DNA of 64,000 bases, taken from positions 72,496-136,495 of the forward strand of contig JAEUTH010000021.1 in assembly GCA_016788165.1 (NCBI GenBank), given 5' to 3'. This DNA comes from Bacteroidia bacterium. GTDB taxonomy: Bacteria > Bacteroidota > Bacteroidia > AKYH767-A > OLB10. Below, in pieces: positions 56,357 through 64,000 of this stretch. Both the position numbers and the translations under genes were made by a program. Position 1 is the stretch's first letter; each line of letters opens with the position of its first letter. The notes below the pieces were generated by a model, which ran no database searches, was not told where the DNA came from, and saw only the letters and a list, made by a program, of their open reading frames with translations.

Positions 56357-59032
56357 TTAAAATGTTGCCAATTGTTGTTGTAGTAACTGTATTTTTTGCT
56401 CCGTATCGGCTTTCTTCTTCTGTTCCATTACAAGCACTTCGGGCTTTGCTTTAGCTGTAAAATTGTTGTTGTTAAGTTTAGCATCTACCGATTTTAAAAA
56501 TCCAATCAGGTAATTTATTTCTGCTTGCAATTTTTCTTTTTCGGCTGCTGTATCAATTTTGTTGGCTAATAAAATAAAGTGTTCAACTTCACCTACCAGA
56601 AACGATGTTGCCTGCGCCACTGTTGTATCGGTAAAGGCTATTTGGCTCAGGTTACCCAGTTTTATTATTAAAGGACTAAACGGATTTTCAGTTGGTTTTT
56701 GTTTAATAAATAGAGGCAATGTTTCTTTAGGTGAAATGCCTTTCGATGCCCGAATGTTTCTGATTTGAGTAACCGTTTCGGCAAACAATTCAAACTGGTT
56801 ATTAATAGATTCATTAACAGCAGCCAGTACAGGCCAGTTTGCAACAATTATACAATCGGCAGGATTACGTTCTGTAATTAAATGCCACAACTCTTCGGTG
56901 ATAAATGGCATCCAAGGGTGCATTACTTTTAATATGTTTTCGAAGTAATGCATGGTTACGTCATATACTTTCTGGCTAATTGGTGCGCCAAAAGCTGGTT
57001 TAATCATTTCTAAATACCAGGCACAAAAGTCGTCCCAAACTAACTTATATGTAGCCATTAATGCATCGCTCATCCGGTACTTATCGTAATGCAGATTTAT
57101 ATCGGCTAACGACTTATTAAATTTATTTTCGAACCATTGCATAGCAATATTTTCACCAGCAGTAGGTTGCAGGTCTGCATCGGTAGTCCATCCTTGCGTT
57201 AGCCGGAATGCATTCCAAACCTTATTAGCAAAATTACGACCTTGTTCGCACAGGGCTTCGTCAAAGGGCAAATCGTTGCCTGCAGGCGAACTAAGCAACA
57301 TACCAACACGCACACCATCGGCACTGTATTTTTCAATAAGTTCAATCGGGTCGGGCGAGTTGCCTAAGCTCTTACTCATTTTTCGTCCTAATTTATCGCG
57401 CACAATGCCTGTTAGATATACATTGGTAAATGGCTTTTGGCCTCTATACTCATAACCGGCTATAAGCATACGTGCTACCCAAAAAAATAAAATTTCAGGT
57501 GCTGTAATTAAATCGTTGGTCGGGTAGTAGTAGTTAATGTCTTTGTTATCCGGATCTTTAAATCCATCAAATACACTTATGGGCCATAACCAGGAGCTAA
57601 ACCAGGTATCTAAAACATCTTCGTCTTGTGTAATTTCTATGTTTTCGACTGATAAATTTAGTTTAGTCGCAAGTTGTTTCTTTGCTTCATTTTCGGTTTT
57701 GGCAACAACAAAATTTCCATGCTTGTCATACCAGGCAGGTATGCGTTGCCCCCACCACAGTTGGCGGCTAATACACCAGTCGTGTACATTTTCCATCCAA
57801 TGCTTGTAGGTATTTATAAATTTATCGGGTATCAGTTTTACATCACCGTTAATAACAGCTTCTAATGCAGGTTTGCTTATGGTATCCATTTTTAAAAACC
57901 ATTGCATGCTTAAACGCGGTTCAATAACGGCATCGGTACGCTCACTGTATCCTACTTTGTTTTTATAATCTTCGGTTTTAAGCAGGTGTCCTGCATTTTG
58001 CAAATCGGCAACAATTTGTTTACGAACCGCAAAACGATCCATACCAATATAAAACTGCGCAGCATCACTCATGGTTCCATTAGCTGCAATGGTGTCAATT
58101 ACTTCTAAATTGTGCTTAACGCCTAAGTTGTAATCATTTATATCGTGTGCAGGTGTAACTTTTAATGCACCGGTACCAAAATCCATGGTAATGTAATCGT
58201 CAAGTATGATAGGCACTTTGCGGTTTACAAATGGTATTACGGCAAATTTACCATGTAAATGTTTGTATCGTTCGTCATCAGGATGCACGCAAACAGCGGT
58301 ATCGCCTAAAATAGTCTCGGGCCTAACTGTGGCAATGGTTATAGTGTGGCCTTGTTGTTGTTTGTTTTTAATCCATGCTTCAGTTATTTCATCATCAGCA
58401 TCAGCAATGGGATAACTTACATAGTAAAGTTTTGAATTAACTTCTTTGTGTATTACTTCTTCATCACTAACGGCAGTTAGTCCTTTCGGATCCCAATTTA
58501 CCATGCGCACACCGCGATAAATATGACCTTTATTATGCAAATCAATAAACACATCAATAACGGCTTCGCTAAGGTCGTCTTCCATTGTAAATCTGGTGCG
58601 GTCCCAATCGCATGAAGCACCTAATTTTTCTAATTGTTTTAAAATGATGCCACCATATTTTTCTTTCCAGGCCCAGGCATGTTTTAAAAATTCATCACGC
58701 GTTAAATTGTTCTTTTCAATGCCCTGTTCTTTAAGCAGTGCAACAACTTTTGCTTCGGTGGCAATAGATGCATGGTCGGTACCGGGTACCCAGCAGGCAT
58801 TAAAGCCTTGCATGCGTTTCAAGCGGATTAATGCATCTTGAATGGTATTGTTTAGCATGTGGCCCATGTGTAGTACACCGGTTACATTGGGTGGCGGTAT
58901 AACTATCGTATAGGGTGTACGTTGGTCGGGTATTGATTTAAAAAAACCTTGTTGCAACCAATGTGCATACCATTTGTTTTCTACGGTTTGCGGATTGTAT
59001 TTGGTTTCGATAGTTGATAGCTTGTTTGACAT
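56357..59032 (-). CDS. valS: Valine--tRNA ligase
   Basis: HMGH (HIGH-type) motif PPPNVTGVLHMGHMLN, KMSKS motif (GRKMSKSLGN), C-terminal coiled coil; 891 aa. Confidence 0.97.
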   Translation of the reverse strand: MSNKLSTIETKYNPQTVENKWYAHWLQQGFFKSIPDQRTPYTIVIPPPNVTGVLHMGHMLNNTIQDALIRLKRMQGFNACWVPGTDHASIATEAKVVALLKEQGIEKNNLTRDEFLKHAWAWKEKYGGIILKQLEKLGASCDWDRTRFTMEDDLSEAVIDVFIDLHNKGHIYRGVRMVNWDPKGLTAVSDEEVIHKEVNSKLYYVSYPIADADDEITEAWIKNKQQQGHTITIATVRPETILGDTAVCVHPDDERYKHLHGKFAVIPFVNRKVPIILDDYITMDFGTGALKVTPAHDINDYNLGVKHNLEVIDTIAANGTMSDAAQFYIGMDRFAVRKQIVADLQNAGHLLKTEDYKNKVGYSERTDAVIEPRLSMQWFLKMDTISKPALEAVINGDVKLIPDKFINTYKHWMENVHDWCISRQLWWGQRIPAWYDKHGNFVVAKTENEAKKQLATKLNLSVENIEITQDEDVLDTWFSSWLWPISVFDGFKDPDNKDINYYYPTNDLITAPEILFFWVARMLIAGYEYRGQKPFTNVYLTGIVRDKLGRKMSKSLGNSPDPIELIEKYSADGVRVGMLLSSPAGNDLPFDEALCEQGRNFANKVWNAFRLTQGWTTDADLQPTAGENIAMQWFENKFNKSLADINLHYDKYRMSDALMATYKLVWDDFCAWYLEMIKPAFGAPISQKVYDVTMHYFENILKVMHPWMPFITEELWHLITERNPADCIIVANWPVLAAVNESINNQFELFAETVTQIRNIRASKGISPKETLPLFIKQKPTENPFSPLIIKLGNLSQIAFTDTTVAQATSFLVGEVEHFILLANKIDTAAEKEKLQAEINYLIGFLKSVDAKLNNNNFTAKAKPEVLVMEQKKKADTEQKIQLLQQQLATF

Positions 59033-59138
59033 ATAAAAGGCGTTAATGGGGCGAATATACTTTTTGAATTAATGAATTTGTTGCAGCGTTTGTAGTTAAG
59101 GGCTTTAATATAATACAGCCTGTTAATGTTTTTAATCC

Positions 59139-60074
59139 TTAATAAACCAGCACTTCTATTTTGTTTTTAAAATGCGATTGTAGGTGGCTGCCATCGCCAT
59201 GATGTGTAATTATATACCGAGGTTGTGTTTGGCTAATAACATTTAATATGTCATACCAATCGGCATGGTCGCTGAGGTATAGTTCCATATCGGCCCCGTG
59301 TTGCAGTTGTTTCCAGCCCGATGCAAATGCCTTTATAGCACCAATGGTATTGTAATAATATTTGTATGTAACCGGAGGTACAACATAAACTGCATTGCTG
59401 TTTGATTTAAAAAACTTTTTATGATATGGTAACCAGTTGCCTAATTGAATATTATGTTTTTTATATACTTTATGAAAGCCGGCAATTTGATGATGTATTA
59501 AAACAGGGCGGTTTTGTTGTTGTGTGAGTAGGGCAGTTAACCGTTGTGCTTTGCCTAATGAATAACATCCTAAAAGAATGCGGTTGTTTAGGTGTTGATT
59601 AAATTGGTTAAGCTGCGAATCAACCGTTGGGTGTTTTATTTGTGGATTGGCAAAGGTGCTTTCGGTAATAAGCACATCGGCTTTACAAAACTGGTAAGGC
59701 GTACAACTGCTATCGGTTTGCAATTTAAAATCACCGGTAAATAAGTATCGTGTGTTATTATAGGTGATTAGTATTTGTGCCGAACCAAGCATGTGACCTG
59801 CCGGCAAAAACTCAATAGCTATACCGTTTAGCGTAAATGGTTGATTGTACGGATAACAGTGGAATTGTGTGCCATTGTTTTTTTTATATCTGTGTAAAAA
59901 CAAATCAGCAGTTGCATAATGTGTATAAACATGTTGGTTTGCTTTTACAATATGGTCGGCATGTGCATGCGTGGTAACTGCATGCATAACGGGCTTTTTA
60001 GGATCAATGTAAAAGTTGCCGGGCTTAAATAAAATGCCATTATCATTGAATATTAAATTATCTGTCATACTCAA
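59139..60074 (-). CDS. MBL-fold exonuclease of the ligase-associated DNA-damage-response exonuclease family; no ligase or helicase partner nearby
   Basis: HAVTTHAHADH (HxHxDH), LPAGHMLGSAQI, FTGDFK pattern as in DNA-ligase-associated MBL exonucleases. Confidence 0.7.
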   Translation of the reverse strand: MSMTDNLIFNDNGILFKPGNFYIDPKKPVMHAVTTHAHADHIVKANQHVYTHYATADLFLHRYKKNNGTQFHCYPYNQPFTLNGIAIEFLPAGHMLGSAQILITYNNTRYLFTGDFKLQTDSSCTPYQFCKADVLITESTFANPQIKHPTVDSQLNQFNQHLNNRILLGCYSLGKAQRLTALLTQQQNRPVLIHHQIAGFHKVYKKHNIQLGNWLPYHKKFFKSNSNAVYVVPPVTYKYYYNTIGAIKAFASGWKQLQHGADMELYLSDHADWYDILNVISQTQPRYIITHHGDGSHLQSHFKNKIEVLVY

Positions 60075-60085
60075 ATATTATAACA

Positions 60086-60688
60086 TCAGGTATTATCTTT
60101 TATCAAATCAAAACCACGTTTTAAAATTTTTTGATGTATGTTGAGTACTTGTGGAATAATGGCTTGTTGATAGTTTTGAATTAAGTAATCGGACCTGCGC
60201 ATTTTTTCAGCTTCAGGCATTTGTTTAGCTTCTATGGCTTTTACCATTTGTTCGGTTCGGTTATCGCGCTGCATCACACGTTGAAGTCTGATATGCGATG
60301 GTGCATGCACACAAATAATTTTATCTAATAGCGCATGGCTTTGCGCTTCAAACAATAAGGCAGCCTCTTTTAAAACATAGGGTGCATGTTGCTGCGAAAA
60401 CCAAATTTCGAAATGTTGCGTTACAGCAGGGTGTACTATGGCATTAATTTGAAGCCTTAATGCATCATTATTAAACATTGCTTCTGCCAATGCTGTTTTA
60501 TTAAGCACATCACCATTATAAATTTGATTATGGGTTGCGGCAATTATTTTTTGTTTGATTTCAGGCAACGTCATTAATGCCGCTGCTTCTTTATCGGCAA
60601 AATAAACAGGTATGCCTAATGCTTCAAAAACCAATGCTACCGTGCTTTTGCCACTACCAATATTGCCTGTTATACCGATGCGAACCAT
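60086..60688 (-). CDS. coaE: Dephospho-CoA kinase
   Basis: P-loop GITGNIGSGKST, 200 aa, standard CoaE layout. Confidence 0.92.
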   Translation of the reverse strand: MVRIGITGNIGSGKSTVALVFEALGIPVYFADKEAAALMTLPEIKQKIIAATHNQIYNGDVLNKTALAEAMFNNDALRLQINAIVHPAVTQHFEIWFSQQHAPYVLKEAALLFEAQSHALLDKIICVHAPSHIRLQRVMQRDNRTEQMVKAIEAKQMPEAEKMRRSDYLIQNYQQAIIPQVLNIHQKILKRGFDLIKDNT

Positions 60689-60689
60689 T

Positions 60690-60947
60690 TCAGAAACTAA
60701 CGGATAGTGGTTTAAACGAAAGATATTTAATATGTTCGTTAACGGGTAGGTTATTACGTATATAGCTTTCGGTATCGCTTATAGACTTTGCTTGCACTTG
60801 AATACGTTTGTGGGCAAGTTTTTCTTTTAACAATTCAAAGCCTTTTCCTTGCACTTGAACCACTATACTTCTTTTGGTTTTATTTGCGTATAAAGTATAG
60901 GTTAGTGTTGTATCATACGTATTGTTTAATGCAATTAATAACCACAA
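60690..60947 (-). CDS. Small hypothetical protein (85 aa), weak call
   Basis: The ORF's stop lies 1 nt after the coaE start. No motif; 126 nt of non-coding sequence separates it from yajC. Confidence 0.35.
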   Translation of the reverse strand: MWLLIALNNTYDTTLTYTLYANKTKRSIVVQVQGKGFELLKEKLAHKRIQVQAKSISDTESYIRNNLPVNEHIKYLSFKPLSVSF

Positions 60948-61073
60948 AGTGCAGGCAGCAACAAAGCTCCAAATAAGTATTACAATGCGATAATTAATTT
61001 TTGCTTTACTTACCTGTGTGCCGGTGGCCTTGTTTGTATTTTTGTAGTAAGCCAGAACAATGGGATTTTAAAA

Positions 61074-61406
61074 TTATTTTTTATCGGCTTGTACAACAGT
61101 AGTTTGTTGTTGATAAGCTTTTGTAGCTTCGGCCGAAATAGCTTTCTTTTCTACTTTAAGGGTAACGTTTTTATCAACTTCAAGCATAATGGTGTTGTCG
61201 TTCATTTCTACAATCTTACCATGTATGCCACCTAAGGTTACTACTTTACTGCCTTTTTCAATTGATTCAATAAATTTTTTTTCGTCTTTGGCTTTTTTCA
61301 TTTGTGGTCTTATCATAAAGAAATACATAATGGCTACAACGGATGCCATCATAATTAAATTTGAATAAGGCGAGCCACTATCGGCTTGTAATAAAATGGA
61401 TAACAT
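61074..61406 (-). CDS. yajC: Preprotein translocase subunit YajC
   Basis: Single TM (IMMASVVAIMYFFMIRPQMKKAKD) then KGSKVVTLGGIHGKIVE, the canonical YajC core. Confidence 0.88.
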   Translation of the reverse strand: MLSILLQADSGSPYSNLIMMASVVAIMYFFMIRPQMKKAKDEKKFIESIEKGSKVVTLGGIHGKIVEMNDNTIMLEVDKNVTLKVEKKAISAEATKAYQQQTTVVQADKK

Positions 61407-61426
61407 GAATTTGAAATATTTTAGTT

Positions 61427-61864
61427 TTAATTAATTTCTGCACTGATGGTTAAAACGCGTGTTCCGGGTTTAGCATTACTCATTACACTTATGGTTTTAC
61501 TTTGCATACCTGTTTTGCCTTCGGTATTAAAAGTAACTTTAATCGAACCTTCTTCGCCCGGTTTTATGGGTTCTTTATTCCATTCGGGTACGGTACATCC
61601 ACACGATGCCGATACGGTTGCTAATATTAAATCAGCGTTGCCTGTATTGGTAAACTTAAAGGTGTGATTTATTTTTTCGCCTTGTTTTACTTCGCCAAAG
61701 TGATAACGGGTTTCTTCAAAGTCTAATTCAGGTAGTTGATTGTTTGTGTTATTACCTGCCGTGCTGGGATTGCTGATTAAACTGGGTGATAGTGTGCCTT
61801 TTTTTGATTTGTCGGTACAACTAAATAAAAGTATCAGTATCGTTAGAATGTAAATTGATTTCAT
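61427..61864 (-). CDS. DUF1573-domain lipoprotein
   Basis: Lipobox LLFSC, then FKFTNTGNADLIL...ASCGCT..EW motif typical of DUF1573. Conserved position between nusB and yajC in Bacteroidota. Confidence 0.8.
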   Translation of the reverse strand: MKSIYILTILILLFSCTDKSKKGTLSPSLISNPSTAGNNTNNQLPELDFEETRYHFGEVKQGEKINHTFKFTNTGNADLILATVSASCGCTVPEWNKEPIKPGEEGSIKVTFNTEGKTGMQSKTISVMSNAKPGTRVLTISAEIN

Positions 61865-61866
61865 TT

Positions 61867-62808
61867 TTATTTATCAATTAAGCCGCGACCGCGTTTTTGA
61901 ATTTTATCGGTCTGTTTTAAATCAACCACCAACTTGTCAATTATGCCATTAATAAATACTTTACTTTTTGGCGTGCTATATACCTTCGATATATCCAAGT
62001 ATTCGTTTATGGTTACTTTAACCGGAATGCTTTCGAAACACGTTACTTCGGCAAGTGCCATTTTTAGCATAATAACATCCATAATAGCAATTCGCTCAAC
62101 TTCCCAGTTTTTTGTTTTGTCGGCAATTAATTGGGTAAACCATTCGTTGTGCTTTATTGTTTCGCTAAAAAGTTTGCGCATAAAGTCAATGTCATCATCC
62201 TTATCTCTGTACATAGGCATTATTTCGAGTGATGCATTTTTTTCATCAAAATCAGTAACCGACTTAATTACCATTTGACTAATCAACTCAAAACTCTCAG
62301 CCCAAAACACATTTTTATCCTCCATTTCATGTGTAAATGCTTCATTGGTAAAAATGTGCTGGTTATAAAAGTGAATTACAAAATCAACTTGCTTTTTAAC
62401 AGTCAATTCTTTATCGGATATATATTGTAGGTATTCATCGCTCATCCGAAAACTAAGAAAAATACGACTTAACAAGTCCGTATCTTTCGACCACGACAGT
62501 CCCCTTTTTTTTAGCTTGTCGTTAAAACCCAGGTTGCTGTTAAGATACTTTACAATAATGTTTTCATCGAGTTTGTTTACAATTTCATTCGATTTGGCAA
62601 TATGTTTTTTCGGAGCATCTTTAATGTACATGGTTTCATGATGCGCCATTTCGGGTAGCAGGTTCAGCAATTGCAGGTATAAATCATAAACGCGTTCTGC
62701 TGATGCCAGCAATTCTTTTTGTGCAATCCATACATCGCCATTTTCTTGTTGAAAAAAAGCATACAAAGCTTGCAAAACGCGCACGCGCAACTGTCTTCGT
62801 GAGAGCAT
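61867..62808 (-). CDS. nusB: Transcription antitermination factor NusB (long Bacteroidota form)
   Basis: MLSRRQLRVRVLQALYAF N terminus and C-terminal NusB fold block (AIMDVIMLKMALAEV...ESIPVKVTINEYLDISKVYS). Confidence 0.85.
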   Translation of the reverse strand: MLSRRQLRVRVLQALYAFFQQENGDVWIAQKELLASAERVYDLYLQLLNLLPEMAHHETMYIKDAPKKHIAKSNEIVNKLDENIIVKYLNSNLGFNDKLKKRGLSWSKDTDLLSRIFLSFRMSDEYLQYISDKELTVKKQVDFVIHFYNQHIFTNEAFTHEMEDKNVFWAESFELISQMVIKSVTDFDEKNASLEIMPMYRDKDDDIDFMRKLFSETIKHNEWFTQLIADKTKNWEVERIAIMDVIMLKMALAEVTCFESIPVKVTINEYLDISKVYSTPKSKVFINGIIDKLVVDLKQTDKIQKRGRGLIDK

Positions 62809-62884
62809 GAAATAAATATTTATCAGATAATGTTGTTGGAAGCAATTTTGTAAACCAACAGCATTAGCTTACTAATCATTAAAA

Positions 62885-63976
62885 TTAACGGCTTGCTTTG
62901 GCATCACTGATGCGTTTTTCGGCCATGTGTTTGGCAGCATCAACTGTTGGGATGTTGTTTGCTTTCGAATTTTTAAAGATATCTAAGGTTACATTAAAAA
63001 TATGTTGTGTTGCTTGCATGGCTTTGTCGCGATTGTAGCCTTGTATTTCGCTATAAACATTTATTAAGCCACCGGCATTAATTAAAAAATCGGGTGCGTA
63101 CAAAATACCTTTTTGCATAAGCAATTGGCCATGTATTACCTCATCTTCTAATTGATTATTGGCAGCACCGGCTACAATACTGCATTTTAACTTGGCAATA
63201 TTTACACTGTTTAAAGTGGCTCCTAAAGCGCAGGGTGCATATATATCAACATCTAAATCATATACGGCATCTTTATCTACTATGGTTGGGTTGTACATTT
63301 TAACCTTATCCAAATTTTCCTGATGTATATCGGTTACAAAAACATTACCGCCATCCTCGGTAACTAAGCGAACCAAGTTTTGTCCCACATGTCCACAACC
63401 CTGTATCGAAACTTTACGGCCCGATAAGCTATCAGATCCATACATTTCTTTTGCCGCTGCTTTCATACCCATAAAAACACCATAAGCAGTAACAGGCGAA
63501 GGATCACCACCGCCACCTTGGTTTTCGGGTAGGCCGGTTACGTGTTTGGTTGATTTGCTCACATTAACCATATCATTGGTGCTTGTGCCAACATCTTCGG
63601 CTGTAATATATTTGCCGCTAAGGCTATTTACAAACTCACCAAATCTTTGAAACAATTTATCGGTTTTGTCTTTTTTACTATCACCAATAATTACTGCTTT
63701 ACCACCACCTAAATTTAAGCCGCTTATCGAAGCCTTATAGGTCATACCACGCGATAAACGTAATACATCATTAAGCGCATCACTCTCATTATTATACATC
63801 CACATACGGGTTCCACCTAAAGCTGGGCCTAAGGTGGTGTTGTGTATAGCAATAATTGCTTTTAAGCCTGCTTCTTTATCTTGACAAAAAACTACTTGCT
63901 CGTGGCCTAAATTTGACAATACTGAAAATAAATTGGTTTGAGGTACTACTTCTTTTATGTCTTTTACTTCAATCAT
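62885..63976 (-). CDS. Glu/Leu/Phe/Val dehydrogenase family, leucine/phenylalanine dehydrogenase-like
   Basis: Substrate-domain motif LGPALGGTRMW, catalytic Lys region GLNLGGGKAVIIGD, NAD-binding GCGHVGQNL. Confidence 0.88.
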   Translation of the reverse strand: MIEVKDIKEVVPQTNLFSVLSNLGHEQVVFCQDKEAGLKAIIAIHNTTLGPALGGTRMWMYNNESDALNDVLRLSRGMTYKASISGLNLGGGKAVIIGDSKKDKTDKLFQRFGEFVNSLSGKYITAEDVGTSTNDMVNVSKSTKHVTGLPENQGGGGDPSPVTAYGVFMGMKAAAKEMYGSDSLSGRKVSIQGCGHVGQNLVRLVTEDGGNVFVTDIHQENLDKVKMYNPTIVDKDAVYDLDVDIYAPCALGATLNSVNIAKLKCSIVAGAANNQLEDEVIHGQLLMQKGILYAPDFLINAGGLINVYSEIQGYNRDKAMQATQHIFNVTLDIFKNSKANNIPTVDAAKHMAEKRISDAKASR

Positions 63977-64000
63977 AATGCTATATTTTTAGTTGGGATT

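Noticed and set aside
1-64000. CRISPR arrays, tRNA/rRNA genes, transposases or integrases
   Set aside because: No regularly spaced direct repeats. No tRNA-like cloverleaf or GTTCGA T-loop contexts in any intergenic region. No ORF with DDE, tyrosine-recombinase or serine-recombinase motifs.

Overview
AT-rich (roughly 37% GC) chromosomal segment that looks like a Bacteroidota genome, probably Sphingobacteriia or Chitinophagia. Evidence for this: four proteins end in type IX secretion (T9SS) C-terminal sorting domains, there is a 7TMR-DISM sensor kinase, gene order nusB-DUF1573-yajC-coaE is typical of the phylum, a TAnnTTTG -7 box sits upstream of one gene, and no Shine-Dalgarno sequences are visible. 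I call about 55 protein-coding genes. I found no rRNA, tRNA, CRISPR array, transposase or integrase. Housekeeping genes (lpdA, purL, mtgA, rpe, nth, ppa, hppD, folP, rnz, valS, coaE, yajC, nusB, a Leu/Phe/Val dehydrogenase) are interleaved with accessory modules. The two most interesting are: (1) 11.1-19.8 kb, a tightly packed same-strand operon encoding an Rv1355c-family E1-like/nitroreductase fusion enzyme, a GNAT-fold acyltransferase-like protein and a four-protein two-component phosphorelay (7TMR-DISM kinase, receiver-fused kinase, receiver-only regulator, membrane kinase) with no DNA-binding output anywhere, plus a divergent paralogous receiver. (2) 48.1-54.2 kb, a minimal biosynthetic cluster: a single-module non-ribosomal peptide synthetase (C-A-T-TE) with a ~400-aa methyltransferase inserted between A8 and A9, followed 2 nt later by an Sfp-type phosphopantetheinyl transferase and flanked by T9SS cargo genes. 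Other points: two tandem-paralog pairs (polytopic membrane proteins at 29.1-31.6 kb; giant beta-propeller/PKD/Ig T9SS proteins at 40.4-46.3 kb), a possible remnant of a phage tail-fibre chaperone domain, a ~250-nt unit bounded by two intrinsic terminators (candidate sRNA or micro-ORF), and an orphan ligase-associated-exonuclease-family MBL protein. All calls are by eye from the translated ORFs; domain and motif positions are hand-counted and approximate.
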